Shown here: in pieces, positions 17,507 through 27,414 of the stretch
Numbering within the stretch: position 1 is the first letter of the stretch
Layout: every line of letters begins with the position of its first letter
Assembly (NCBI GenBank): GCA_963735035.1
Contig: CAVTJJ010000004.1
Coordinates: forward strand, 1,536,001-1,600,000
DNA from: an uncultured candidate division Zixibacteria bacterium
Lineage (GTDB): Bacteria > Zixibacteria > MSB-5A5 > GN15 > FEB-12
Direction of reading: 5' to 3'
DNA: 64,000 nt
Translations under genes and position numbers: made by a program
The notes under the pieces: model-generated
What the model was told of the DNA's origin: nothing
Seen by the model: the letters and a program-made list of their open reading frames with translations, nothing else
The model's database searches: none

Positions 17507-18475
17507 ATGGAGACCCAGAGAATGGCTCGCAAGATTTTCGGACTCGTTCTCGTTTTACTATCACTCGGAACCACGGCCTTCGGCCAGGACTATGTTATCG
17601 GCGAAGGGGACATGCTCGATATCAGTTTCTGGCAGGAGCCGACTTACAACACCCAGGTCAGAGTGGGGCAGGACGGGAAAATTTCACTGGATATTATTGG
17701 GCAGATTGAGGCCGCCGGGAAGACGGCGGAACAACTTCAAAACGAAATTGTCCGCGAAATCTCCCGTTTGAACCGGACCATTTCCCAGGCCACGGTCAGA
17801 GTGACCGAGTACAACTTCAACTTCGTCTTTGTAATTGGCCAGGTCAACCAGCCGGGGAAGAAGAGTTTCGAGAAGATTCCCGATCTCTGGACAGTCATCA
17901 ACGAGTCTGGAGGCGTCAACCAGACCGGCGATCTCAGCCGGGTTACGATCATCAGAGGCGGGGACCAGGCCGGCAAGATCGAGACGGTTAACCTGGCGCA
18001 GGCCATAGCCACCGGTCAACTGGATAAACTACCCAAGCTCCGCCGTCAGGACACCATTGAAATCGGCCGGGCCCCCGGCCAGGGTGCCGCGGGCGATCTG
18101 GGCGGCCAAACCGAAAAGAAGAATCTGATCTACGTCATTGGCGCCGTCCGCACTCCCGGCTCGGTGACGTTTCAGGAGAATGTCGATGTTCTGGAAGCGG
18201 TAGCGCTGGCCGGCGGTCCAACCGACGCCGCCGATCTGAAGCATGCTCACCTGGTTCTCAAGGACGGCAACTACGCCGAGACCGTGAAGTTTGACCTGGA
18301 CAAATATGTATCCGAGGGTCGTCCCGCCCGATATATCATGCAGAAGGAAGACCTCGTGATAGTCCCGGCCGTACGTCCCGGCTTTCTCGACACGAGGCTG
18401 GGTCAGATCGCCACTCTCATGACGGCTCTGTCGACCGCCTATCTGCTTTATGATCGGATTCAGACCCGCAACTGA
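17507..18475 (+). CDS. Polysaccharide export protein (Wza/OPX; Poly_export + SLBB domains)
   Basis: DYVIGEGDML...VGQDGKISL...GQIEAAGKT; VIGQVNQPG and VIGAVRTPG SLBB repeats. Confidence 0.88.
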   Translation: METQRMARKIFGLVLVLLSLGTTAFGQDYVIGEGDMLDISFWQEPTYNTQVRVGQDGKISLDIIGQIEAAGKTAEQLQNEIVREISRLNRTISQATVRVTEYNFNFVFVIGQVNQPGKKSFEKIPDLWTVINESGGVNQTGDLSRVTIIRGGDQAGKIETVNLAQAIATGQLDKLPKLRRQDTIEIGRAPGQGAAGDLGGQTEKKNLIYVIGAVRTPGSVTFQENVDVLEAVALAGGPTDAADLKHAHLVLKDGNYAETVKFDLDKYVSEGRPARYIMQKEDLVIVPAVRPGFLDTRLGQIATLMTALSTAYLLYDRIQTRN

Positions 18476-18535
18476 TGGGTGGCACTTCCGGGGCTATGGC
18501 GTGTTTAAGGCCTGTGACTTTCCGGCCCGCGCCAG

Positions 18536-19669
18536 ATGACGATTATGGAAAACTACCGACTCAGCAGCAAGTTGCGCGAGAAAGATCGCGAATACCTGGT
18601 TCAGACGACTAATGACGTCGAGCACGGGTCTGTCTGTACGACCGTATTTGTTGACGGCATCAAGGCGGACACCTATAAGCAGCCGCACCCGGAGCCGCTG
18701 TCCGGCGAGGCGCTGCTGGATCTGGTCAAAACTACCCACGGTGAGCGGCGGTATGAGTTGGAAGCGATTCTTCAGGCCTATCAGGAAGTCTCACTTCAGG
18801 GTGACGCTCAGTCAATGTATCGATTGGCCACCGCGTTCTATTATCGCCGGTTCTACCACGAGGCGGCCGACCTGCTCGTGGGGGTGATTCGAACCGATCC
18901 GAGCTATCATCAGGCGCACTTTCTTCGGGGACTCACCTATCAGGCTCTGGGACAGAATGTCGAAGCGGTCAATTCCGCCGCCGAGGCCGTCAAGTATCGC
19001 CCGGGGTATGCAGACTACCGCAATAATCTGGGTGAGGCGCTGCTCTCGGCCGGAGCCATTTCCGAGGCTATCGCCGAGTTTGAAACCGCCATTTCGATCA
19101 ACATGTATTACGGTGAGGCTTATTTCAATCTTGGCCTGGCCCGGCTGTTGGAAGCTTCCCGGAGCAGTGATCCGGAGCATCGGCGCGACCTCGTGGGCCG
19201 CATCTCCGACCATTTCCGCAAAGCCGCCCTGATTTATCCCGACCTGGAGAATCATACCTGGTTCCGGGACGGCCTCACGTCGCTTGCTTCTTATGATTAC
19301 ACCGGCGCTCTGAGTGCCTTCAAGCGGGTGCGCGAAGCCCGCCGTGAAGTCCGTCGCCTCGAATTCATAGCGAATAACCAACGGATGATGACGCCGCGCG
19401 ATGCCTGGACGACTGAGGTGTTGGTCGAGCAGATTCGAACGCTGCAAATGCAAATTGCACAACATCCCGACTACCTGGATTTGCACATCGAGCTGGCCCG
19501 GTGCTATATGGAACAGGCGCGCTGGCAGTGGGCGCAGGCAATCGACGAGTGCCGCCGGATCATCGAGACGTACCCCGATGCGTCCTTTGTTGCCGACGCT
19601 CTGGAATCAGCCGGAACGACCGGTGAAGCCATCGAACGCACCTTCGCAATTCTGGACAAGAAAGGTTAG
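18536..19669 (+). CDS. Cytoplasmic TPR-repeat protein
   Basis: TPR patterns (PGYADYRNNLGEAL, YGEAYFNLG, PDYLDLHIELA); no signal peptide. Confidence 0.8.
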   Translation: MTIMENYRLSSKLREKDREYLVQTTNDVEHGSVCTTVFVDGIKADTYKQPHPEPLSGEALLDLVKTTHGERRYELEAILQAYQEVSLQGDAQSMYRLATAFYYRRFYHEAADLLVGVIRTDPSYHQAHFLRGLTYQALGQNVEAVNSAAEAVKYRPGYADYRNNLGEALLSAGAISEAIAEFETAISINMYYGEAYFNLGLARLLEASRSSDPEHRRDLVGRISDHFRKAALIYPDLENHTWFRDGLTSLASYDYTGALSAFKRVREARREVRRLEFIANNQRMMTPRDAWTTEVLVEQIRTLQMQIAQHPDYLDLHIELARCYMEQARWQWAQAIDECRRIIETYPDASFVADALESAGTTGEAIERTFAILDKKG

Positions 19670-19676
19670 ACTTAGC

Positions 19677-20477
19677 ATGGCCCGTCCCAGTGCTCCAATT
19701 ACCGATTACTTCACTCTCGAGTCACCTCTGGCGACCGAATACCGTCGTCTGCTTCAGAACCTGAAGCGGATGGAAGCCAAGGGCGAGCTTAAGGCCATTT
19801 TGATCACCTCGTCGGTGACGGGTGAAGGGAAATCGACCATTTCATCGCTTTTGTCCATCACGGCTGCGCGTAAAGGCCAGCGGACTATATTGATCGATTG
19901 CGATGTCCGGCGCCCCGCTATTCACCGGATGTTTCAGACGGAGCGTCACCCCGGACTGGTGGATGTGATCGGTGATGGCGTTTCGTACAAAGACGTCATC
20001 AGGAAGACCTCGATTGAGAATCTGGATTTGATTACGGCGGGCAAGGCGACGCCGCAACCGAGCGAGCTGTTCAATACCGGGGCGCTCGATGCTCTGTTTC
20101 GTGAATTGAAATTCTATTACGATCTGGTAGTGATCGACTCGCCGCCGGTCATCCCGGTGTCGGATCCGATGCTTCTGGCGCATTTTGTGGATGGCGTCAT
20201 ACTGGTCGTCAAGGCCGGTGAGACGGCGCGCGAGGTGGCGCTCCGGGCGGTCGAGATCATGACCAGCAACCGGGCGAATATCCTGGGGGTGGTGCTTAAC
20301 AACTCGAGGAACAGCCTTCCGTATTACTATGATTACACTCACTACCATTACAACTATAGCCAAAATCCTCAAGACGGCGAATCGCGCGGTCCCGGGCGTC
20401 ATCGCGACGGAACGCATTCTTCGGAAAATAATCGTCTCCCCGGTGAGTCGCAGGAAAAGAAGCGGTCACTCAACTAG
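19677..20477 (+). CDS. CpsD/CapB-family bacterial tyrosine kinase (stand-alone)
   Basis: Walker A GEGKST, A' LIDCD, B VIDSPP; C-terminal Tyr cluster YYYDYTHYHYNY; start reassigned to ATG 19677. Confidence 0.9.
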   Translation: MARPSAPITDYFTLESPLATEYRRLLQNLKRMEAKGELKAILITSSVTGEGKSTISSLLSITAARKGQRTILIDCDVRRPAIHRMFQTERHPGLVDVIGDGVSYKDVIRKTSIENLDLITAGKATPQPSELFNTGALDALFRELKFYYDLVVIDSPPVIPVSDPMLLAHFVDGVILVVKAGETAREVALRAVEIMTSNRANILGVVLNNSRNSLPYYYDYTHYHYNYSQNPQDGESRGPGRHRDGTHSSENNRLPGESQEKKRSLN

Positions 20478-20497
20478 ATCGATACGGGAATCTATTC

Positions 20498-21361
20498 ATG
20501 CAGCCCAATCTGCTGACAGTCGATCTTGAGGAATGGTTTGTTGTCGAGGCTTTGGCCAATCGGTTCTCGCCCGATGACTGGCCCTCCCTGCAATCGACAC
20601 TTCAGCGCAACTGTACGAGGTTGCTCCGCCTGTTTGCCCACCACGACGTCAGGGCGACCTGGTTCGTTCTCGGATGGTGTGCCGAGCGATTCCCGGCTCT
20701 GATCGCACGCATCGCTGAGCAGGGTCACGAAATCGCCTGCCACAGCTACGCGCATCGGATGGTTGACAAGATGACTCCGGATGAGTTCCGTCTGGATACC
20801 CGCCGCGCCGTCAATGCTATTATTGAATCATCAGGTGCGCGACCGGTCGGATATCGAGCCCCGAGCTGGTCATTGTCCGAGAAGGTGCCGTGGGCGTTCG
20901 AGATTCTATCGGACCTTGGATTCGAGTACGACAGCTCGATCTTCCCGATAAAGCACGATCTGTACGGCATGCCTGAGGGACCGCGCAAGCTCTTCCGGAT
21001 GGCTTTCTCCGGCGACCGTTTCCTCTACGAAGCGCCCGCCTCGACCGTGCGCCTCTGGCGCCAGAACTTTCCCATCGGCGGCGGCGGTTACTTGCGCCAT
21101 TCGCCCTACTGGTACAGCCGTATGATGATCCGCAAGGTGAACAAGACGGGTATGCCGGTTATGGTCTACGTTCACCCGTGGGAAGTCGATCCTGACCCGC
21201 CGCCCGTGTCAGGTCTTTCGCCGGTGCAACGACTGAGAACTTACGGCTCTACGGCGACTCTGGAAGCGAAATTAGATCGGCTTCTGTCAGATTTCTCGTT
21301 CATGCCGGTCAGTGACTACATTCGCAGCACTACGAAACAGCGGATCGGTTTCGAGCGCTGA
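20498..21361 (+). CDS. Polysaccharide deacetylase (XrtA/DUF3473-type)
   Basis: TVDLEEWF, ATWFVLG, HEIACHSYAH, GYRAPSWS, GGGYLR, YVHPWEVD. Confidence 0.9.
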   Translation: MQPNLLTVDLEEWFVVEALANRFSPDDWPSLQSTLQRNCTRLLRLFAHHDVRATWFVLGWCAERFPALIARIAEQGHEIACHSYAHRMVDKMTPDEFRLDTRRAVNAIIESSGARPVGYRAPSWSLSEKVPWAFEILSDLGFEYDSSIFPIKHDLYGMPEGPRKLFRMAFSGDRFLYEAPASTVRLWRQNFPIGGGGYLRHSPYWYSRMMIRKVNKTGMPVMVYVHPWEVDPDPPPVSGLSPVQRLRTYGSTATLEAKLDRLLSDFSFMPVSDYIRSTTKQRIGFER

Positions 21362-21565
21362 TCGGGCCGGCCCCATAACGCGATAAACTTCATGGGCTTA
21401 TAGGCGAAAAGACCCGTCGGTCCCGGTGCCTGGCCGGACTGATATGTCAAACGTCTGCGGGATTGTCTCCGAACCCACATCAGAGGGAATAAATCCTTGA
21501 CTAATATGTGTATAAGAGCTTACAGTTAGTCTGATGAGACGATTTTACTTACACGGGGTCTATTT

Positions 21566-22234
21566 ATGAAGAGAATGCTCATTTGCGGCCTCTTATTGCT
21601 TATGGCCGCACCGATGGTTGAGGCTCGCCGGAAGGAAAAGAAGGTCGGCGAAATTGCCGGCGATTTGTTCAAGGACAGCGAATACGGATTAGAAATCAAG
21701 CTCCACCAGAACTGGAAGCCAAAGATTGGCAAAGAGGGTGCGAAGGTCAGGCTCACTCTCTTACAGCGTAATTACAGTGTCCCGTCTGACTACACCAACG
21801 CTCCGGACTACACTCAGATTCCACTGGTGATCTTGTACGTAGACACGACCACGCTTGGTCCGCACGCTTTCATTGATTCGCTGGCCTCGCAGACTTTCAA
21901 ATCGGGCCAGAAGAATGCCATCTATAAGGAATTCGAAATCCTCGCCGAGCCGGATCTGATTCCGTTGCAGCGTACTCGAATGGATATCGCCGGCCAGTCA
22001 GCGCTGATGTGGAAAGTCCGGGCCAACTACAAGAAGGACATCGAGACGTCGACCGGTTCCTCTACCTATAAGAAGGTGAGCCGCAGCTTTGGAGGCGCTA
22101 TCGCCGCGGTCAAAGTCGGCCAGAACATAGTGCTGTTCTACGTCCGGACCGAATGGGAGTTCTTTGATCCCGTCCTGAGCGAGGTCATGCCCATGATCGA
22201 GAGCCTGAAGATCCAGCAGCAGGAGGAAGGCTAG
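21566..22234 (+). CDS. Exported hypothetical protein
   Basis: Signal peptide MKRMLICGLLLLMAAPMVEA; no family recognised. Confidence 0.7.
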   Translation: MKRMLICGLLLLMAAPMVEARRKEKKVGEIAGDLFKDSEYGLEIKLHQNWKPKIGKEGAKVRLTLLQRNYSVPSDYTNAPDYTQIPLVILYVDTTTLGPHAFIDSLASQTFKSGQKNAIYKEFEILAEPDLIPLQRTRMDIAGQSALMWKVRANYKKDIETSTGSSTYKKVSRSFGGAIAAVKVGQNIVLFYVRTEWEFFDPVLSEVMPMIESLKIQQQEEG

Positions 22235-22311
22235 GCCGGATTCGAATCTGAATCCGGAGCCCCGGCGCACGGACGGTTCCGGGTAAAGTCCAGCGGTTGC
22301 CAGGAGGTCAT

Positions 22312-22680
22312 ATGTGGATTATTAGGACAATTCTGATACTGCTGCTTCTTTTGTTGGTGGTGGCGTTTGCTTTCAACAACACCGGAGCCGACCAAAAGGT
22401 GGCCGTACATCTGCAACCGCTTCTTCCCAATTATGTCGATGTCCCTCTGATCACCATAGTGTTTTGGTCGTTTGTCGCGGGTGCCATGATGTGCCTGGTG
22501 CTGTTTGTCTCGATCTTCATAAAATCATCCATCGAGACCCACGCCGCCCGAAAGCGGATCAAGGCGCTTGAGGCGGAGGTTGCTATTTTGCGAAATCGAC
22601 CCATCGATGAATCAGCGGATCTGCTCAAGGGCGTCGACCGTCTTAGAGATGAACGGGAGTCTCCGTTCGCGGAGAAATAG
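22312..22680 (+). CDS. lapA: LapA-family membrane protein
   Basis: TM-N-V..L..VPL-TM-coiled-coil architecture; AGGAGG SD; upstream of a TPR membrane protein. Confidence 0.75.
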   Translation: MWIIRTILILLLLLLVVAFAFNNTGADQKVAVHLQPLLPNYVDVPLITIVFWSFVAGAMMCLVLFVSIFIKSSIETHAARKRIKALEAEVAILRNRPIDESADLLKGVDRLRDERESPFAEK

Positions 22681-22682
22681 CC

Positions 22683-23780
22683 ATGATGGTTGAGTACATG
22701 TTCGAGTTTCTGCTGCTGCTCTTGATCGTGCTGGCAGTATATCTGGTGTATGAGCGGTTTGCCGGTCGGAGCAAAGTGCCGGAGCCGACCCTTTATCAGG
22801 ACGCCTTGCGCGACCTGCTGGATGAACGCCAGGAGGCCGCTTTCAGCAAGCTCCGTCAGGTGGTAGCCGAGGACGGCAGCAACCTGGACGCTTATCTTCG
22901 ATTGGGTCGGATTCTCCGCGAAAACAACCAACCTCAGCGGGCTTTCCAGGTTCACAAAGACCTGACCCTGCGTCCGGGGTTGGGCAAGCCGGAACGATCG
23001 GCGATCCTAAAAGAGATCGCCGCCGACTGTCTGGCTCTGAATGATCTCACCACCGCTGAAACCGCGTTGAAAGAGCAGATCGAAATCAACTCCGAGGATC
23101 ATTGGGCCCACACGCGATTGCTATCTCTTCAGGAGAAAGCCCAGCAGTGGGAGACCGCCTACGATACGGCTGCGACGATAGTCAAACTCGAAGGTACCAA
23201 GTCGAAAAAACCGCTCGCCCGTTACAAGTTCCAGCACGGTGAACAGTTGTTTCGTCAACGTGAATATCACAAGGCCAGGATCGCCTACAAGGAAGCGCTT
23301 GGCCTTGACCCGGCGCATGTCGGCGCTTATCTGGCTATCGGCGATTCCTATTGTGAGGAAAAACGTTTCGAAGACGCCGTTACTTTCTGGAACAAGCTCA
23401 TAACGGCCGTGCCAGATCAGGGGCATCTGGTGATCGATCGGCTCAAACGGACGCTGTTCGAACTGGGTCGTTTCGGTGAACTTCCATCGCTGTGTGAGCA
23501 AATCCTGGAGCACTCTCCCAAGAATTTCGAGGCGCGTCGGGCTCTGGCCGAATTCTACGAGAACAAAGGCGATCTCGAATTGGCCGTCGAAATGTGGGAG
23601 AAGATTCTCGACGACAACGCCGACGACAGCGGCGCTCTGCTTGATCTGATCCGGGTCAGTCTGGAACGTCGCGACTACGGCAAGATCGGCAACTTGATCA
23701 AGAACTTGGAAAGACGGCGCGAACAACTGGCTCGCCGACCCGCCTCCGGCCCTTCGGAATCGGTTGTCCATGGGGTTTGA
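22683..23780 (+). CDS. lapB: LapB-like membrane-anchored TPR protein
   Basis: N-terminal TM; AYLRLGRILRE...RAFQVHKDL resembles the LapB N-terminal TPRs; no C-terminal rubredoxin. Confidence 0.65.
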   Translation: MMVEYMFEFLLLLLIVLAVYLVYERFAGRSKVPEPTLYQDALRDLLDERQEAAFSKLRQVVAEDGSNLDAYLRLGRILRENNQPQRAFQVHKDLTLRPGLGKPERSAILKEIAADCLALNDLTTAETALKEQIEINSEDHWAHTRLLSLQEKAQQWETAYDTAATIVKLEGTKSKKPLARYKFQHGEQLFRQREYHKARIAYKEALGLDPAHVGAYLAIGDSYCEEKRFEDAVTFWNKLITAVPDQGHLVIDRLKRTLFELGRFGELPSLCEQILEHSPKNFEARRALAEFYENKGDLELAVEMWEKILDDNADDSGALLDLIRVSLERRDYGKIGNLIKNLERRREQLARRPASGPSESVVHGV

Positions 23781-23809
23781 GCCGAGCCGCCAGAACTAAT
23801 CGATAGGTC

Positions 23810-24808
23810 ATGTGGCGAAGGATTGTCTTAGCGACATTTTTGGCAGTGACTCTGGGCAGTCTCGCCAGGTCTGAGAGCGTCTATTCTCTTATTCAACGGG
23901 GGCGACTGGACGAGGCCCGCGATTCACTTTCCCAACATACCAGCGCCGGGGTGCGCGACGGAAACGTTCTCTTTTTTCAAGGGTTGCTTGAGACCAACGG
24001 CGACGAGGCAGCTCGACTGATGGAAGCCGCTCGTACCGCGCCGGTCAAATCGATCTACCTCGAAGATATCACCTATCGTCTGGCCCAGTATTACTTCGTT
24101 TGCGGCAATTACACCCGGCTGGGTGAATTGGCAAATGGTTATCTCTCGACCTGGGCGAAGGGGACGTATCGATCCCAGATGATTCGTCTGTCAGTGCTAT
24201 CCGCGGAGAAGACGAAGGCTTACGACGCTGCTTTGAAACAATGCGACCGGTACTTGTCGGACAACAGCGGTTTGGATGCCCAGCAGTGGGGCTTGATCGA
24301 CAAAGCGCGCATTCTCGAAGGCAATGGGAAACAGATTGGCGCCGCCGAGACCGTCCGGCAACTCTCCCGTTCACGTAAAGGTCCGGGCGTCCCGCAGGCG
24401 TTGTACCTGCTCGGGATGCAGGCGGTGTCGAAGGCTCACGCCGACGATGCGATTTTCTACTACAACATGCTTCGAGAAGCGTATCCGTCGGCGGTCGGGT
24501 TGGATCAACTTACGGCGGGGCTCGGCAATATACCGGATCGTCCCAGTGTCGACAGCCGGGCCGACCGTGTGACCAACACCTACTACTCGGTCAAAGTAGG
24601 CGTCTTCTCGGAAATGGAAAACGCCCGACGTCAGGCGGACAAATTCAAGAGTCTCGAACAAAAGGTCGACATCGAATCGAAGCGCATCTCAGGCAAAGAC
24701 TATCGGGTCGTCTATGTGGGGCATTTCCGGAACTATAACGACGCCGTGGCTTTCAAGGTAAAGTTGGAAGCTTCGCAGCACGAAACGTTTCAGGTTGTGG
24801 CGCGATGA
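23810..24808 (+). CDS. Exported TPR + SPOR domain protein
   Basis: Signal peptide; C-terminal YSVKVGVFS..ENA...YRVVYVGHF SPOR domain. Confidence 0.82.
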   Translation: MWRRIVLATFLAVTLGSLARSESVYSLIQRGRLDEARDSLSQHTSAGVRDGNVLFFQGLLETNGDEAARLMEAARTAPVKSIYLEDITYRLAQYYFVCGNYTRLGELANGYLSTWAKGTYRSQMIRLSVLSAEKTKAYDAALKQCDRYLSDNSGLDAQQWGLIDKARILEGNGKQIGAAETVRQLSRSRKGPGVPQALYLLGMQAVSKAHADDAIFYYNMLREAYPSAVGLDQLTAGLGNIPDRPSVDSRADRVTNTYYSVKVGVFSEMENARRQADKFKSLEQKVDIESKRISGKDYRVVYVGHFRNYNDAVAFKVKLEASQHETFQVVAR

Positions 24809-27414
24809 GTCACCCGCCGGATGCTCAGGACGGCTTCTCGCCGTTGATGCGACAATACCACGCTATCAAAGAGCAACATCCCGACAAGATCCTGTTCTTC
24901 CGCATGGGGGATTTCTATGAGATGTTCGGCGATGATGCTGTCATGGCGGCGCCGATTCTCGGTATCGCCCTGACTTCGCGTTCCCACGGGAAGGGGGAAC
25001 GCACCCCTCTCGCCGGTGTGCCGTATCACGCGGCTGACCGGTATCTCGCCCGATTGCTGGCCAAAGGACACAAGGTTGTGGTGGTCGAGCAGGTGGAAGA
25101 TCCCAAGATGGCGCGCGGGATTGTGAAGCGGGAAGTGGTCGAGGTTCTTACGCCCGGCACGGCTACGATAGATTCCCCCGACGCCGTCGCTTACGAGACC
25201 AGTCTGGCCGCGGTTTGTGCCGACTCCAGTCGTCAGGTTGGTATGGCGCTGCTCGACATGAACACCGGATCGTTCCTGGTCGACGAAGGCCCCGTCACAC
25301 CGCTGCTCGAAAAGCTTCGCGTTATGGAACCGACCGAAGTCATCTATCCTACCGGTTCACCCGAAGCATTGATCGATTTATTGCACGGGTTCGCACGGAG
25401 TGAGCGGCGATTGTCGGAATACGAAGAATGGAATTTCGATTACAAGACTGCCTGCCGCGAATTGAATGCTCATTTTGGGACCAGCACACTCGACGGTTTC
25501 GGTGTCGGGGAGAGCCGTCTGGCAGTGATTGCGGCTGGAGCGGTGTTCCGCTACCTACGGGAGAATCACCGCGACCGTCTGTCGCACATTACCCGCCTAA
25601 CCCGGATCGCCGACTCGGATCACATGCTTCTGGATTACGCGTCAGTGCGCAATCTGGAACTGGTGCGGAGTGTCGCCGGCGCATCCGAAGAGAATACGCT
25701 GTTCTCAGTCGTCAACCGCTGTCAAACGGCCGCCGGCACACGCCGTCTTCGCGCCGCCCTGATACGACCTTTCAAAGACAAGGCCCGGATCGATCTTCGC
25801 CTTAGCGGTGTCGATGAACTCGTCCGCAACCGCGATCTTTGCGCCCGAATCCGCGAGACGCTCAAAGCGGCGCCGGATCTCGAGAAACTGGCCGGGCGGG
25901 TTGGCATAGGCAAGCTCCAGCCCAGACAGGCCGCCTCACTGGGGCAGGCGCTGCAAGTGGCGCGGGAACTTTGCAAAATGCTGGAAGGTGCTAAGAGTGA
26001 TCTGCTTGCGCGCCTGAAGAACGTCTTCCCGGACAATTCCGTGCTGATCGATCTGCTCGATCGGGCCCTGGTCGAAGAACCTCCGTTAGTAACGAACAAG
26101 GGTGGCATATTCAAGCGTGGTCACTCCTCGCGCCTCGACGAATTGAACGATTCGATTCGCGCTGCACGCGAATATATCGGCTCTCTGCAGCAGGCCGAGC
26201 GAAGCCGCACCGGAATCACTAGTCTGAAAGTCGGATTCAACAAGGTCTTTGGCTATTACCTCGAGATAACCAACGCCAATCGGGAACAGGTGCCTCAGCA
26301 TTACATCCGCAAGCAAACGCTTGTCAATGCCGAGCGATACATCACCCCGGAACTGAAAGAGAAAGAAGAACTGATCCTCGCCGCCGAAGAGAAGATATTC
26401 AAGCTCGAAGCTGAATTGTTCGAGGAATTAATCGCTCGCTTGAATCAAAATATCGGTGACTTGCAGTCGACCGCCGATTTGACCGCCGAAGTAGACCTGA
26501 CCGCGTCATTGGCCGAGCTTGCGGCCGCCCAGGGTTTCTGTCGTCCGACGATATTCGAAGACACTCGACTGAACATAGTTAATGGCCGTCATCCGGTGGT
26601 GGAGTCGGTGCTGCCGTCCGGTTCGTTTGTAGCCAACGACCTCAGCCTCTCGACTGAAGGCTGTCAGATCATCGTCCTGACCGGTCCCAACATGTCGGGC
26701 AAATCAACCTATCTTCGGCAAATGGGGTTGATTGTAATTCTCGCCCAGATCGGTTCCTATGTTCCAGCCGATTCGGCCGAGATCGGATTGGTCGACCGCG
26801 TGTTTACGCGCGTCGGTGCGCTCGATAACCTGGCAGGCGGTCAGTCCACCTTCCTGGTCGAAATGGTAGAGACAGCCAACATTCTGAACAATGCCACTGA
26901 ACGGTCGCTGGTGCTCCTGGACGAAGTTGGTCGGGGAACGTCTACATTCGACGGCCTCTCGGTCGCCTGGTCAGTCGTCGAGCGACTCAACGATGAATGC
27001 CACTGCCGCACCGTGTTCGCCACTCATTATCATGAACTCACTGGGATGGCCTCTCTGTACGAGCGGGTACACAATTTTCAGGTGGCGGTCAAGCGCCGCG
27101 AAGATACGGTCGTATTTCTGCATAAGATCGTTCCCGGTGGCTGCGATGATTCCTACGGCATTGAAGTGGCCCGTCTTGCCGGTCTGCCGCGTGCGACAAT
27201 CAGCCGCGCCAAACAGATTCTGAGATTGCTCGAATCGGGCAAGTTCACCCAGAGCGAGTTGGGCAAAGGGCTCTACAAAGAAAAAGTACAGACGACTTTG
27301 TTCGAGGCACCTACGTCGAAAATCGAAGAACAAATTCGGCAAATTGATCTGGAACACCTGAGTCCGCTCGACGCCTTTGAACTGCTGCGCCGACTGAAGG
27401 ATGAACTATCGTGA
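24805..27414 (+). CDS. mutS: DNA mismatch repair protein MutS
   Basis: FFRMGDFYEMF, TGPNMSGKST, DEVGRGTST, FATHYHEL; clamp-like QTTLF. Confidence 0.98.
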   Translation: MSHPPDAQDGFSPLMRQYHAIKEQHPDKILFFRMGDFYEMFGDDAVMAAPILGIALTSRSHGKGERTPLAGVPYHAADRYLARLLAKGHKVVVVEQVEDPKMARGIVKREVVEVLTPGTATIDSPDAVAYETSLAAVCADSSRQVGMALLDMNTGSFLVDEGPVTPLLEKLRVMEPTEVIYPTGSPEALIDLLHGFARSERRLSEYEEWNFDYKTACRELNAHFGTSTLDGFGVGESRLAVIAAGAVFRYLRENHRDRLSHITRLTRIADSDHMLLDYASVRNLELVRSVAGASEENTLFSVVNRCQTAAGTRRLRAALIRPFKDKARIDLRLSGVDELVRNRDLCARIRETLKAAPDLEKLAGRVGIGKLQPRQAASLGQALQVARELCKMLEGAKSDLLARLKNVFPDNSVLIDLLDRALVEEPPLVTNKGGIFKRGHSSRLDELNDSIRAAREYIGSLQQAERSRTGITSLKVGFNKVFGYYLEITNANREQVPQHYIRKQTLVNAERYITPELKEKEELILAAEEKIFKLEAELFEELIARLNQNIGDLQSTADLTAEVDLTASLAELAAAQGFCRPTIFEDTRLNIVNGRHPVVESVLPSGSFVANDLSLSTEGCQIIVLTGPNMSGKSTYLRQMGLIVILAQIGSYVPADSAEIGLVDRVFTRVGALDNLAGGQSTFLVEMVETANILNNATERSLVLLDEVGRGTSTFDGLSVAWSVVERLNDECHCRTVFATHYHELTGMASLYERVHNFQVAVKRREDTVVFLHKIVPGGCDDSYGIEVARLAGLPRATISRAKQILRLLESGKFTQSELGKGLYKEKVQTTLFEAPTSKIEEQIRQIDLEHLSPLDAFELLRRLKDELS

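Noticed and set aside
18480..18511. Two GG-N10-GC spacings upstream of the TPR gene
   Set aside because: The -12 elements lack TTGC and the spacer is short and inside an operon; likely chance.
19401..19676. N-terminal extension of the BY-kinase ORF; likewise the extensions called for rny, miaA, mltD and the 34207 ORF
   Set aside because: They overlap upstream genes or terminators, and downstream starts fit the family N-termini better.
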